From Crocosphaera subtropica ATCC 51142 (GTDB lineage: Bacteria > Cyanobacteriota > Cyanobacteriia > Cyanobacteriales > Microcystaceae), in NCBI RefSeq assembly GCF_000017845.1, contig NC_010546.1:4710001-4742000 (forward strand): a stretch of DNA of 32,000 nucleotides, written 5' to 3'. The first letter of the stretch is position 1; each line of letters starts with the position of its first letter. Shown here one piece after another: positions 18,483 through 28,348 of the stretch. A program made the position numbers and the translations under genes. The notes under the pieces were generated by a model. The model did no database searches. It was not told the origin of the DNA and was given only the letters and a program-made list of their open reading frames with translations.

Positions 18483-19445
18483 TTAAGGATGAAGACTACC
18501 ATCCGGCATGGTGGCTTCGGTTAAATTAATATCACTAATATAACTGTTGCGAAAATTAGCATTGCGAAAATCTCCCCCTCGCAAAGACGCATCAATTAAA
18601 TTGGCCCCTCGTAAAATACTATCGTTTAAAAGGGTTCGATGGAGTAAGCTGTACCCTAAATTCGCATGACGTAAAATTGCCCCTTTCAAGTTGGCTTGTT
18701 GCAAATTAGCTGAACTTAAATCAATTTCGCTGGCCAGGGTAACTGCTCGTACATGAAACTCAGATAAAGCCACAAGATTGAGGTTAACTTCTCGTAAAAT
18801 GGCTCCGCTTAAATTGGCTCCTTTTAAATTAGCTCGACTAAAATTGGCTTTTTGTAAAAAGGCTTCTTGGAGATCAATATTATGTAACTTACTGTCACTA
18901 ATATCTGCTTTATAAAGGTTAGCATTGGTCAAATCAACTTCTCTGAGATCAGCACCACTGAGATCAGCACGACTAAAATTGGCTCCACTAAGATCCACTC
19001 CCCTGAGATCGGCTTCACTGAGATCGACACGACTTAATTTTGCTCCACTCAACATTGCTCCACTAAGGTTAGCTCCCCTGAGATTAGCACTTCTGAGATC
19101 AGCATTACTCAAATTAACTTGTTTGAGATTTGCCCCGCTTAAATCAGCACTAACTAAATTAGCCCCTTCTAAATCTACCCAACTTAAGTCAGACTGGCTT
19201 AAATTGGCTCCTGTTAAATCAGCGGCCGTTAATTTAGCACTAATCAAACGAGCATGGGTCAATTCAGCACGGTTTAAATTGGCCCCACTGAGATCAGTGC
19301 CACTTAAATTTGCCCAATCCAAAACAGCCCGACTTAAATTGACCTCTGTGAGCTTTTGTCTAATTAACTCGATTCGCTGAAGGTCTAGCCGACTAAACTC
19401 TCTATGTCCCTGACTGTATTGCCAGATTAATCCTTCGACATCCAA
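18483..19445 (-). CDS. pentapeptide-repeat protein (320 aa)
   Basis: Almost the entire protein consists of A(D/N)LxG-type pentapeptides (ANLSGTDLSGANLNRAELTHARL...). Confidence 0.9.
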   Translation of the reverse strand: MDVEGLIWQYSQGHREFSRLDLQRIELIRQKLTEVNLSRAVLDWANLSGTDLSGANLNRAELTHARLISAKLTAADLTGANLSQSDLSWVDLEGANLVSADLSGANLKQVNLSNADLRSANLRGANLSGAMLSGAKLSRVDLSEADLRGVDLSGANFSRADLSGADLREVDLTNANLYKADISDSKLHNIDLQEAFLQKANFSRANLKGANLSGAILREVNLNLVALSEFHVRAVTLASEIDLSSANLQQANLKGAILRHANLGYSLLHRTLLNDSILRGANLIDASLRGGDFRNANFRNSYISDINLTEATMPDGSLHP

Positions 19446-19543
19446 TTTTTTTTACAATAACTGTGACTAAATCGGTCTGTGATGAGGTGGGGAGGGGGTA
19501 AAATATTTCATCCTCTCAGGTTTTCCTCATCCATCTATCCCTT

Positions 19544-20134
19544 TTATTGCCACGCAAGATAGGGTAAGGTTTGCGCGGTTTGTTTAATTTGTTCTGGATT
19601 TTGAGTTAACTGTCCGCAACTGTCCCATGTTCCTTCAAGAAGCATTTGACGAGATCCTTCTCCCATGGAAATGGGTGCTACCCAATCATCGCATTTGACT
19701 TGTTTGGCTGCTAAATCTAGGGTAATTTGAGCCTGAGGGTTATTTTGTAGTTTGCTTTGTAATGTTTTAATGGCTTCAGGAGATGCGGTAACGCAAGGAA
19801 CGCCATTGGCAATACAGTTACCGAAAAAGATTTCGGCAAAACTTTCTCCGATAATCGCTTCTATTCCCCATCGTATAATGGCTTGGGGTGCGTGTTCCCG
19901 TGATGATCCACAGCCAAAGTTAGCATTCACCACTAGAATGTTAGCTCCTTGATATTGGGGTTGATCAAAGGGATGTTCTCCTTTGAGTTGAGTGCGATCA
20001 TCGGCAAATACTTGCTCTCCTAACCCGTCAAAGGTGACACAGCGTAAAAATCGTGCCGGGATAATGCGATCGGTATCGATGTCATCTCCCACTAGGGGAA
20101 TGCCTCGCCCAGAAATTAACTTCACTTCGTTCAT
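19544..20134 (-). CDS. leuD: 3-isopropylmalate dehydratase small subunit
   Basis: Motifs [30 protein letters not shown] and [12 protein letters not shown] are typical of LeuD. I place the start at ATG 20134 ([11 protein letters not shown]...) rather than the upstream ATG at 20167. Confidence 0.88.
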   Translation of the reverse strand: MNEVKLISGRGIPLVGDDIDTDRIIPARFLRCVTFDGLGEQVFADDRTQLKGEHPFDQPQYQGANILVVNANFGCGSSREHAPQAIIRWGIEAIIGESFAEIFFGNCIANGVPCVTASPEAIKTLQSKLQNNPQAQITLDLAAKQVKCDDWVAPISMGEGSRQMLLEGTWDSCGQLTQNPEQIKQTAQTLPYLAWQ

Positions 20135-20240
20135 TAACGGTTGCCTGTCCCTTCCTATGGTTATCAATCAAGAAATTTCTCTTTCTCTATAATAATCTTT
20201 AAGTTCGTGACACACAGCAAGGAGTTAGGGAAATTTAATT

Positions 20241-21359
20241 CTAATCACCTGAATTTGAGGTTAACGTCCGCCAATTTTCTTGTATTTCTTTAAATTTAAG
20301 CTGCATTTCAATAGATAGTAATTGTTCATTTAATTTTTTAGTTAAGGGATGATTAAGGGTTAGGGCAATGCTATAGTTTTGAGTCCCCACATCCACCCCT
20401 AATATTTGATAAGGTGCTTTAGAATTTTCGTGTAAATAATGCTCTAAAACTAAGCGAGAATATAAGACTCCATCCACTTGATTTGATTTTAATAGTTGAA
20501 TCCCCTGATCTATCTCTTCAATAGTCACAATTCTTGCTTGATAATATTGCCCCCATTGAACCCCCGTAGAACCAGCAATAACCGCTAAACGAACTCCTTT
20601 GAGATCATTGGTACTTTGTATTTTTTGGTAAGGTTGAGCAGAAAAGGCTAAAGATAAAGTGCTGGCCACACCCCCGATCAAAGTAGCAACCACTGCCAAG
20701 GAAATAATCATCCAACTTCCGGCAATCAACCGTCCTAAATGAGTAATAGGATAGCGATCGCCATAACCAACGGTGCTAAAAGTAGTTAAAGCACACCACA
20801 TTCCTTCTCTGATTCCTGGTAAATAAGACTTAGGAAATTGCTCGCTATTGCAGTGACGTTCAGCTAACCAGAGTAAATTACCCACAGTAAATAAACATAG
20901 CCAAATTAAGATTATCGACGACAAAAAAGCCCATCTTAAAAAAGGTCTAATTATGGATAAAGGAGTTGGTGCATGGATGGGAACCAAAATAGATAATTTA
21001 TCTTGATGAACCGGTTGCGTAAAATCAAAGCGATTAATATTTTGCTGCGTTGTGGTAATGCCACCAATGGCAATATCTATATTGTTTTTGGCTAATTGAT
21101 CGAAGGTGTTAACAATAGAATGATCATAAACAATTTCATAATTAAGCCCCAAAGCGATCGCCAGTTCCTCCCACATTTCTATACTAATCCCTGTAACGGC
21201 TGAATCTGACTGATGATCCTGGATCATCACCCCAGGGGCTTCTCCTGCTACCCCAACCCGTAATTTAGGCTGGTTTTCTGCTGATTGTGCTTGAACAGTT
21301 ATAGGTGTGCCATTGAAACACAGTAACAAGAAAACTGTTAATAATTTAGAGATGTTCAA
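20241..21359 (-). CDS. GluR0-type ligand-gated K+ channel (substrate-binding lobe 1, M1, P-loop, M2, substrate-binding lobe 2)
   Basis: It starts with a signal sequence and an SBP-like lobe (LRVGVAGEAPG...IDIAIGGITTT..R...FTQP). A TM helix follows, then the K+ selectivity filter TFSTVGYGD. A second TM helix and a second SBP lobe (LKGVRLAVIAGSTG...) complete it. This is the architecture of Synechocystis GluR0. Confidence 0.8.
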   Translation of the reverse strand: MNISKLLTVFLLLCFNGTPITVQAQSAENQPKLRVGVAGEAPGVMIQDHQSDSAVTGISIEMWEELAIALGLNYEIVYDHSIVNTFDQLAKNNIDIAIGGITTTQQNINRFDFTQPVHQDKLSILVPIHAPTPLSIIRPFLRWAFLSSIILIWLCLFTVGNLLWLAERHCNSEQFPKSYLPGIREGMWCALTTFSTVGYGDRYPITHLGRLIAGSWMIISLAVVATLIGGVASTLSLAFSAQPYQKIQSTNDLKGVRLAVIAGSTGVQWGQYYQARIVTIEEIDQGIQLLKSNQVDGVLYSRLVLEHYLHENSKAPYQILGVDVGTQNYSIALTLNHPLTKKLNEQLLSIEMQLKFKEIQENWRTLTSNSGD

Positions 21360-21513
21360 CGTTTCCTCCTTTACGAAAGGTTGTTACTCCATCACTGATA
21401 CGTTCATACAAATAGATTTATCCGATTTTTTGTTTCGGTCCTGATCGTCTCATGCGATCGCTTTAGGAAGAGGGCCAGTAATTCTTAGATAATTTTTAAT
21501 TAAATCCTCTTAA

Positions 21514-22719
21514 TCATTTATTTATCCACTTTCCATAAAGATTAACCAGAGGATTAGCGGTTAAACCATGAGCTAAAATACTTAACATAATTGTCGTAAT
21601 AGCAATGATGACAATTTCGGAACTATGGGGTAATTTAGCATCAAAAATAAAAACCGCAAACACAACACTAGCCAACCCCCTCGGACCAAACCAACCCACT
21701 AAAAGTTTAGTCCATTTATCTAATTCCATCCCAAATAAAACCAGAAAAACTGGAAGCATCCGAATCACTGTTAAACTTAAAACCGCATAAAGAAAAGTTT
21801 GCCAAGTTTGTTGACGCACTGCTAACATTACCAACGATGAACCAAAGGCAACCCAAGTAATTAAAGAAAGGTTATCCCCTACCGCTTCAGATGCTATTAA
21901 TAGTTCTTCTTTTCCTCGTTTTAAGATAATACCAAACATTAGTCCCCCTACAAAACAAGCGATAAATCCACTGCCTCCAAAATGTTGCGCAGTAGAAAAA
22001 CATCCCAATGCTAAGGCGATCGCCATCACCGGTTGCCAGTGATGTTCAATCCAATTTCGTGCAATAAAAAATTCTCGCAATTGGTTAGTAATAACAGCAA
22101 AACTAACCCCCACTAATAAACCAATGCCAATCTCTTCAGTAAATAGAATAGCCACTAATTCCAGGGGACTCCTTTCTAGGTTTTCTCCTGTCGTAATAGC
22201 CAGTAAAGCAAATAAGAGAGGAACACAAATACCGTCATTTAATCCACTTTCAATATTAAGGTCTTCCCGAATATTGTCAGGGATTTTGGGGTTGCTTACC
22301 ACGGCTTTTCCTAACGCTGCATCTGTAGGGGCTAACATCACCGCTAATAAACCCGCTTCTACGGGGCTAAATTGAGGGAAGAGAAGGGTACTGAGTGCGA
22401 ACCCTAGCAAAATGGTTAAGGGTAATCCCAATGCTAACAGTCGCCAAGGTAAACGTAAACTCTGTTTTAACACTTTGGTATTAGCGTTGGCTGCATCGTT
22501 AAAGAGAATTAAGGCCAGGGTTAATTCGGTCACCGTTTTTAGATTTTCTGAGGTGACATCAAATTGAAGCATTCCCAGTCCAAATGGACCGAGTAATAAT
22601 CCCATAAAGACGAAAACCATTGCATCAGAAATCCAAGTGCGTCTTATGCGTCCACCCACTAAACTATAAATTACGACAAAAATTGAAAGAATTGCCCAAT
22701 CGGAATAGGGTTCAAACAT
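21514..22719 (-). CDS. cation:proton antiporter, NhaP/CPA1-like (401 aa)
   Basis: It is polytopic, with ~11 hydrophobic helices. It carries the ESGLNDG motif characteristic of Na+/H+ exchanger family proteins and the motif PRGLASVVFA. Confidence 0.8.
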   Translation of the reverse strand: MFEPYSDWAILSIFVVIYSLVGGRIRRTWISDAMVFVFMGLLLGPFGLGMLQFDVTSENLKTVTELTLALILFNDAANANTKVLKQSLRLPWRLLALGLPLTILLGFALSTLLFPQFSPVEAGLLAVMLAPTDAALGKAVVSNPKIPDNIREDLNIESGLNDGICVPLLFALLAITTGENLERSPLELVAILFTEEIGIGLLVGVSFAVITNQLREFFIARNWIEHHWQPVMAIALALGCFSTAQHFGGSGFIACFVGGLMFGIILKRGKEELLIASEAVGDNLSLITWVAFGSSLVMLAVRQQTWQTFLYAVLSLTVIRMLPVFLVLFGMELDKWTKLLVGWFGPRGLASVVFAVFIFDAKLPHSSEIVIIAITTIMLSILAHGLTANPLVNLYGKWINK

Positions 22720-23024
22720 TGCTTAATAGATTCTTTCCATAATACTTTTTATGTTTAAGGCTTAAATCTAACACATTTTGTTCCTTCTTTGTATCTGTTG
22801 CTTGCCTTGAATTTCTTTGGTTGATCGAGTATGATTACCGTTAAACAAATTTTTAATAAACTACAAAAAAACAGCTTATTCTATTAAGATTTTATGTATC
22901 TTTTATTACCTTATAAAAAAATACTGAGTGGTTTTTTGTGGGTTCTACTCTTCCTGATAATAAATCCTGCTGTTATGGCTGGAGAATCATTTTTAGTTAT
23001 GATAATAAAAATGTAAAAGTTATT

Positions 23025-25067
23025 ATGAAAAATTTAAAATTAGTAAAACTTGATGCTCAACGAATTAAAAAACTAATGTTATCTATCTCTAGGTTAATTA
23101 TCATTTTTATTGTGAGTTTAACCTTAACTTTAACCTGGACAACTCAGAGTTTTGGACAAATTAGCTTATTTTCTCAACCCTCTAACGAAACCAATAGTCA
23201 AACCGGCCCTTGGGATCTTAACCAGGCCTATACCTGTGGAAAATTTTGGTGTAGTGATGTTTATATTCATGATGATATCCGAGACAGTAAAAATATTTTA
23301 TTAACACCAGAATTAACCTTAGCTACCCTCAAAAAACTAAATCAGTCTAGTACAGAAGCCACTCAATTATTAGAAAAAAGAGCTAAAGTCATCGAGCAAA
23401 CTTTTAATAGAATTGTTAATAATATTATTATTACGAAAATTAGTTCTAAACCTCCTATTATTAAACCTTTGAAATTTTGGAAACCGGCCGCACTACCAAA
23501 GTTTTTACATCCTAACCCTATCAAACCCCTTCATCCTTGTACACCCAAGATAAAAATTGGTATCAAAAATAATCAGACTGTTATTTTTATTGATGAGCAA
23601 TTAGATGTAGATATTGCTTCACAATCAATTATTACTGTAACCGAGATAGATGCCACAGCTAATGGAAAAACCATTGAAGATTTAGCAAAAACTTGGCAAA
23701 ATACGATTGAACTCTCTTTTAGTAATGCCTTTTGGGGATACGAATTTGACCGCCAATATCCTCAAGCAAGATTAGTAATGTCTAGTATTGCTATGGGAAT
23801 AGCGTTACTATTAATTATGTTCATTGAATTGCTCAGAACTTGGTTGAGAAGATGGGATAATGGACTTAGACAAAAACTAAAAAACTTAACAGAATCTATA
23901 ACAGTTAAACCAGAAGCATCTACCCCAACTAATCTTAAGGCTGAGAATAATAATGATTGTTTAACAGAACAGAATAGCCGACCTGATAAATCTCACAAAA
24001 AGCGAAGCAAATTATCTTTTTGGTTGACTCGAATTTTAAATTTTATCAAAAAAGTAATTAAGAAAAATAAATGGTTGTATGGTCGCTTATCTCGTTCCCA
24101 ACAAAAGATCATATTACAGAAACAAAGTCTAATAAAACAAGAAAGAAATTTTGCTCAACTCTTACTGAGGATATCTTTCATTTTGCAAATACTGAGCTTA
24201 ATGTCTGGTTTTGTTGTTATTACCTTAATCTTTCGGGACATTCGTTTTTTATCCGTTTTTCTTCTAAGAGAAACGCTTAATATAATATTCTTATGGATAG
24301 GGTTAACGCTTCTCGATAAAATAGGTGATTTTATGATTGACTATTATTTGAATCGTTGGGCTAATCAAGCTCAAATCTTTGATCCAACTTCTAATCGTTA
24401 CACCCTGAGAATTAATACTTATTCAGTCGTGCTTAAACAAGCCACCACGTTTATCACAATTATCTTAGGTATTTATGGCACTTTATGGCTCATTGGACTT
24501 AAACCTTCTGTTTTAGCAGGGGCAGGTATTTTAACAGTAGCTCTTGCGTTTTTATCCCGTAATCTATTAGAAGATATGCTTAATGGTGTTCTTATTTTAT
24601 CTACTGATCGCTATGCTATTGGAGATGTGATTGATGTAGGTGAAGGTATGGGAGGTTTAGTGGAAAATATTAATTTATTTGTTACGTCTTTGCGTAATCT
24701 TGATGGGCAAGTGATCGCTATTCCTAATAGTAAGATCAGCACTGTCATTAATAATACAAAGGAATGGTCAAGGGTAAACTTTACCATCAAAATTGCTTGG
24801 AATGAAGATATTAAAAGAGCTATTGATGTGATGAATCAAGTAGCTAATCAAATGCAAAATGAACCAGAATGGGGCAGCAAAATTTTAGAACCAATGGAAG
24901 TATTAGGGATAGATGAAGTGTCTCATGAAGGGATTTTGATTCATGTATTAATTAAAACCCAACCCAGTGAACATTGGGGAATTGGTCGAGAATTTCGACT
25001 ACGAGTCAAACAAGCTTTTGACGAAATGGATATTTCTTTGGGAATTCCCCATCGTAAAATTGTATGA
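23025..25067 (+). CDS. mechanosensitive ion channel family protein with long N-terminal extension (681 aa from ATG 23025)
   Basis: The C-terminal ~270 aa is MscS-like (GAGILTVALAFLSRNLLEDMLNGVLIL, IGDVIDVGEGMGGLVENINLFVTSLRNLDGQVIAIPNSKIS). The N-terminal part has a signal-anchor and extra TM helices. The GTG at 22938 gives an unlikely Cys/Trp-rich leader, so ATG 23025 is preferred. Confidence 0.8.
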   Translation: MKNLKLVKLDAQRIKKLMLSISRLIIIFIVSLTLTLTWTTQSFGQISLFSQPSNETNSQTGPWDLNQAYTCGKFWCSDVYIHDDIRDSKNILLTPELTLATLKKLNQSSTEATQLLEKRAKVIEQTFNRIVNNIIITKISSKPPIIKPLKFWKPAALPKFLHPNPIKPLHPCTPKIKIGIKNNQTVIFIDEQLDVDIASQSIITVTEIDATANGKTIEDLAKTWQNTIELSFSNAFWGYEFDRQYPQARLVMSSIAMGIALLLIMFIELLRTWLRRWDNGLRQKLKNLTESITVKPEASTPTNLKAENNNDCLTEQNSRPDKSHKKRSKLSFWLTRILNFIKKVIKKNKWLYGRLSRSQQKIILQKQSLIKQERNFAQLLLRISFILQILSLMSGFVVITLIFRDIRFLSVFLLRETLNIIFLWIGLTLLDKIGDFMIDYYLNRWANQAQIFDPTSNRYTLRINTYSVVLKQATTFITIILGIYGTLWLIGLKPSVLAGAGILTVALAFLSRNLLEDMLNGVLILSTDRYAIGDVIDVGEGMGGLVENINLFVTSLRNLDGQVIAIPNSKISTVINNTKEWSRVNFTIKIAWNEDIKRAIDVMNQVANQMQNEPEWGSKILEPMEVLGIDEVSHEGILIHVLIKTQPSEHWGIGREFRLRVKQAFDEMDISLGIPHRKIV

Positions 25068-25183
25068 TTAATTCCCCTATTGACAATGATCAATCATTAA
25101 CTTATTTCTTTGGAAAACAAGATAATTAATATAAAAAGGCGATCATTAAAATTTGTTTTATGCTGTAACGCACCAAAATAATT

Positions 25184-26329
25184 TTAACGACAAAAATCTT
25201 TCAAAGCATAAGCAATTCGTTCTTGTTCTTCAGGGGAAAGATCAGGAAACATGGGTAAAGATAATACTTCCTGAGCAGCTTGTTCAGTAACAGGAAAATC
25301 TCCTCTTTGATATCCTAAATTTTGATACACTTTTTGTAAGTGCAAGGGAATAGGATAATAAATCATAGAGATAATTCCTTGTTCTTGTAGTTTTTGTCTC
25401 AGGTTATCTCTAGTTGTTGTTTCTTGATTACTTTTATTTTCAACTAAAATGGTATATTGATTCCAGACATGATAACCTCCTTTAATTTCTTGGGGAAGTT
25501 GTATACCTGGAACGAGATTTAAGAGTTGATGATACCGTTGAGCAATTTCTCTTCTCTGCTCATTCCATTGATCAAGATAACGTAATTTGACTTGCAAAAT
25601 CGCTGCTTGGATGCTGTCGAGACGGCTATTAATACCCACCACATCATGATAATAGCGTTGTGCTGAACCGTGTTCTTTGATGACTCCCATAATTTGGGCG
25701 ATCGCTTGATCATTGGTAGTAACGGCACCACCATCCCCACAAGTTCCTAAATTTTTCGTCGGAAAAAAGCTAAAACAACCCATATGTCCCACACTCCCCA
25801 CCATATCATCTCCCCATTTTGCCCCAGTCCCTTGGGCGCAGTCTTCGATTACATAGAGGTTATGTTTTTGAGCAATGGCCATTAAACGGGTCATGTTGAC
25901 GGGTTGGCCAAAGAGGTGGACAGGTATAATGGCTTTGGTTTGCGGGGTAATGGCTGCTTCTATGGCTTCGACATTGATATTGAAAGTGTCCCGTTCAATA
26001 TCCACAAAAACGGGTTTGGCTCCTACTAAACTAATGGTTTCAGCAGTAGCAATGAAAGTGAAGGGTGTGGTAATCACTTCATCCCCTGCACCAATATTTA
26101 AAGCCCGTAAGGCTAAATAAAGTGCGTCAGTCCCTGAGTTACAACCAACACAGTAGGAACTACCGACATATTGAGCTAACTGCTCCTCAAAATCGCTTAC
26201 CACCGCACCGCCAATATAACGACCGGAACGAACTACTTCGAGAACAGCACTATCAATTTCGTCACTAATCAGCTTATATTGACGAACTAAATCAACAGGG
26301 GGAATGGTATTCACTGGCATTTTAACCAA
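25184..26329 (-). CDS. DegT/DnrJ/EryC1/StrS-family PLP-dependent sugar aminotransferase
   Basis: Family blocks are present: SGRYIGG, GCNSGTDALYLALRAL, EVITTPFTFIATA, IPVHLFGQP, and SFFPTKNLG containing the PLP lysine. The 381-aa length is typical. Confidence 0.9.
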   Translation of the reverse strand: MVKMPVNTIPPVDLVRQYKLISDEIDSAVLEVVRSGRYIGGAVVSDFEEQLAQYVGSSYCVGCNSGTDALYLALRALNIGAGDEVITTPFTFIATAETISLVGAKPVFVDIERDTFNINVEAIEAAITPQTKAIIPVHLFGQPVNMTRLMAIAQKHNLYVIEDCAQGTGAKWGDDMVGSVGHMGCFSFFPTKNLGTCGDGGAVTTNDQAIAQIMGVIKEHGSAQRYYHDVVGINSRLDSIQAAILQVKLRYLDQWNEQRREIAQRYHQLLNLVPGIQLPQEIKGGYHVWNQYTILVENKSNQETTTRDNLRQKLQEQGIISMIYYPIPLHLQKVYQNLGYQRGDFPVTEQAAQEVLSLPMFPDLSPEEQERIAYALKDFCR

Positions 26330-26721
26330 GGGTTTTTACTTATGAAAGCAAATTTTTTCCCAAAAGGGAAGTGTCATCAGAAGACTTAGGAAAAAGATAA
26401 GTTTTGATTATTACTTTTTAATTTCAGTTTTAAAATCAAAAATGTTGATAATTTAGTGACCTTGACAAATTCTGAGAATAATTATCAATAGTTGACGAAT
26501 TCAAGGCTTTCTGGTAAGCTTATCAAGAATAAAAATCTGTAGCCACTTTGTCTACTTTTCACTTTAATAGCTGTAACCCCCATTAATTCGTTAATATTCC
26601 CTACAGTTATTGATTTGAATTACCGTTTTTCTTCACTATTTTGAACAAATGTACTAAACTTGATTGTCCTCGGCTTGACAAATCATTAAAAATGTGTACT
26701 AGCAGAGCAGCAAAAATATAC

Positions 26722-26988
26722 TTAGGTGTTACTTAAGTCTAAACGTAAAGCTTCTATCTTATTGTTAATGGTATTTTTGTGAATCATTTGTTTGATAGGA
26801 ACGTCTTGGAAATACCAATAAAGATTAGCAATGGTAAGGTCAGATGCTTCTTTTAAATTGGAGTCAGTTAAAGCTGTATAATTATCTTGTTTGGCTCGTT
26901 GACTAATTTTGGTTTCGTATTGAGAACGTAAAGAAGGTAAGAACTTAAATTTCAGTTGAAGTATTATCAAACGGAAACTCAAGAACAA
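26722..26988 (-). pseudogene. C-terminal remnant of a paralogue of the 420-aa protein encoded at 5072..6334
   Basis: The segment SLRSQYETKISQRAKQDNYTALTDSNLKEASDLTIANLYWYFQ aligns with NLRQNAESYISQQASLLGHETLALSNLQIASHLTIANLYWYFK, the C-terminus of the 420-aa protein. No homologous N-terminal 370 aa is present, and a stop lies 2 codons upstream of the ATG. Confidence 0.5.
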
Positions 26989-27223
26989 AAAGAATTAAAA
27001 TATCAATGGCTAGAAACTCACAAACTGCAACTATTTAGGATCAAACAATCTTTAGAAGATGTTTTGTCTTCTTTTTAATTCAGATAAGTAAGTATTTTAA
27101 TATTAGTTTTGTGAGGTGGGCAAAAATTTTGAGTTAGTTGATATTTTATATAGTCTTTTTATTTACCCACCCTACACTAAATGTGATATCTTTAAAAAGA
27201 GTAAAAATTGATGATATTATTAA

Positions 27224-28348
27224 ATGTCTAATTATACCTTTGTTTTTTTAGAAATCTTTTCCCAAGAAGGAGGAATACAAGCTTATGTTAAAGATGTTCT
27301 AAAAGCTTATCTATCCTTAATAGAAAACGCTTCTAATGCACCAAAAACCGACATTTTTTTATTAAGAGATGCACCAAACTGTAATAACCCCTTAACCAGT
27401 GATTTAATTACTTATCATTATTTGAAAACTCTTCCGGCGTGGAAAGGAAGATTAAAATTAGCCATAAACTTATTAACCTATTTAATCAAAAAACGACCTC
27501 ACAGCGTCTTTTGTGGACATATTAATTTAGCCCCATTAGTTCAATTTTTCTGTCAACCTTTGGGTATTCCTTACACTGTTCTAACTTATGGTAAAGAAGT
27601 CTGGAAAACCTTACCCAAAGCACAACAAACCGCCTTAAAAAATGCCGATGCTATCTGGACTATTAGCCATTATAGTCGTGATTGTTTATGTCAAGCAAAT
27701 AACATTAATCTTAACAAAGTAGAAATCGTTCCTTGTGTTGTAGATGGTCATCAATTCACCCCAGGAGAAAAGCCCATCGAACTGATAGAAAAATACCAAT
27801 TACAAGACGCAAAAGTATTAATGACCGTTGCTAGATTATGGTCTGGAGACATATATAAGGGGGTAGATGTGACCATAAGAGCCTTACCGAAAATTTTACA
27901 ATCTTTTCCTAATGTTAAGTATGTCGTTATTGGAAGAGGAGATGATCGACCCCGTTTAGAAAAATTAACCAAAGATTTAGGTATTAGCGATCGCGTGGTT
28001 TTCGCCGGCTTTGTTCCTACCGAAGACCTAGTGAACCATTATCGAATGGCCGACGCTTATATCATGCCGTCTCAAGAAGGGTTTGGCATCGTTTACTTAG
28101 AAGCTATGGCCTGTGGGGTTCCAGTTTTGTCAGGAGATGCTGACGGTTCGGCTGACCCATTACAGGATGGAAAACTAGGTTGGCGTGTCCCTCATCGTGA
28201 TGCTGATGCAGTAGCGCAAGGGTGCATAGAAATCCTTCAAGGGAATGACCAACGCTGTCAGGGACAATGGTTGCGAGAACAAACCTTAGCACAATTTAGC
28301 CCCGACGCATTGTCCCAAAAATTAGCATCTTTGCTAAAGATTAATTGA
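27224..28348 (+). CDS. glycosyltransferase family 4 (GT-B, RfaG-like)
   Basis: The C-terminal GT1/GT4 core shows VLMTVARLW..KG, VKYVVIGRGDDRPRLEKL, VVFAGFVP and the EGFGIVYLEAMACGVPVL (E-x7-E type) motif. Confidence 0.85.
   Translation: MSNYTFVFLEIFSQEGGIQAYVKDVLKAYLSLIENASNAPKTDIFLLRDAPNCNNPLTSDLITYHYLKTLPAWKGRLKLAINLLTYLIKKRPHSVFCGHINLAPLVQFFCQPLGIPYTVLTYGKEVWKTLPKAQQTALKNADAIWTISHYSRDCLCQANNINLNKVEIVPCVVDGHQFTPGEKPIELIEKYQLQDAKVLMTVARLWSGDIYKGVDVTIRALPKILQSFPNVKYVVIGRGDDRPRLEKLTKDLGISDRVVFAGFVPTEDLVNHYRMADAYIMPSQEGFGIVYLEAMACGVPVLSGDADGSADPLQDGKLGWRVPHRDADAVAQGCIEILQGNDQRCQGQWLREQTLAQFSPDALSQKLASLLKIN

Noticed and set aside
18925-19380. 151-aa plus-strand ORF with APLRS-type repeats
   Set aside because: It is the reverse-complement reading of the pentapeptide-repeat gene, and its periodicity is inherited from that gene. 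For the same reason, the periodic nucleotide repeats across 18483-19445 are neither a CRISPR array nor a non-coding tandem repeat.
20135-20167. 11-codon 5' extension of leuD ([11 protein letters not shown])
   Set aside because: LeuD homology begins at [11 protein letters not shown], so ATG 20134 is the more likely start. This remains unproven.
19752-20192. Two 66-aa plus-strand ORFs (19752..19952 and 19992..20192)
   Set aside because: Both are antisense to the well-supported leuD gene.
21605-22375. Plus-strand ORFs 21605..21790 and 22124..22375
   Set aside because: Both are antisense shadows within the polytopic antiporter gene.
22938-23024. GTG-initiated 29-codon extension of the large MscS gene
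   Set aside because: The leader (GSTLPDNKSCCYGWRIIFSYDNKNVKVI) precedes a good ATG that is followed by a basic region and signal-anchor. The extension is probably non-coding.
24071-24280. 69-aa plus-strand ORF in an alternative frame
   Set aside because: It is nested in the large MscS gene and has no motif.
25519-26120. ORFs 25519..25740 (-) and 25875..26120 (+)
   Set aside because: Both lie within the DegT-type aminotransferase gene, in an alternative frame or antisense, and the aminotransferase motifs account for the region.
27115-27171. Imperfect inverted repeat GGTGGGCAAA ... TTTACCCACC upstream of the GT4 gene
   Set aside because: It has a 10-bp stem with one mismatch and a ~37-nt AT-rich loop. 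That is too weak to call a structured RNA or terminator.
27751-28292. Minus-strand ORFs 27751..27972 and 28104..28292
   Set aside because: Both are antisense shadows within the GT4 glycosyltransferase gene.
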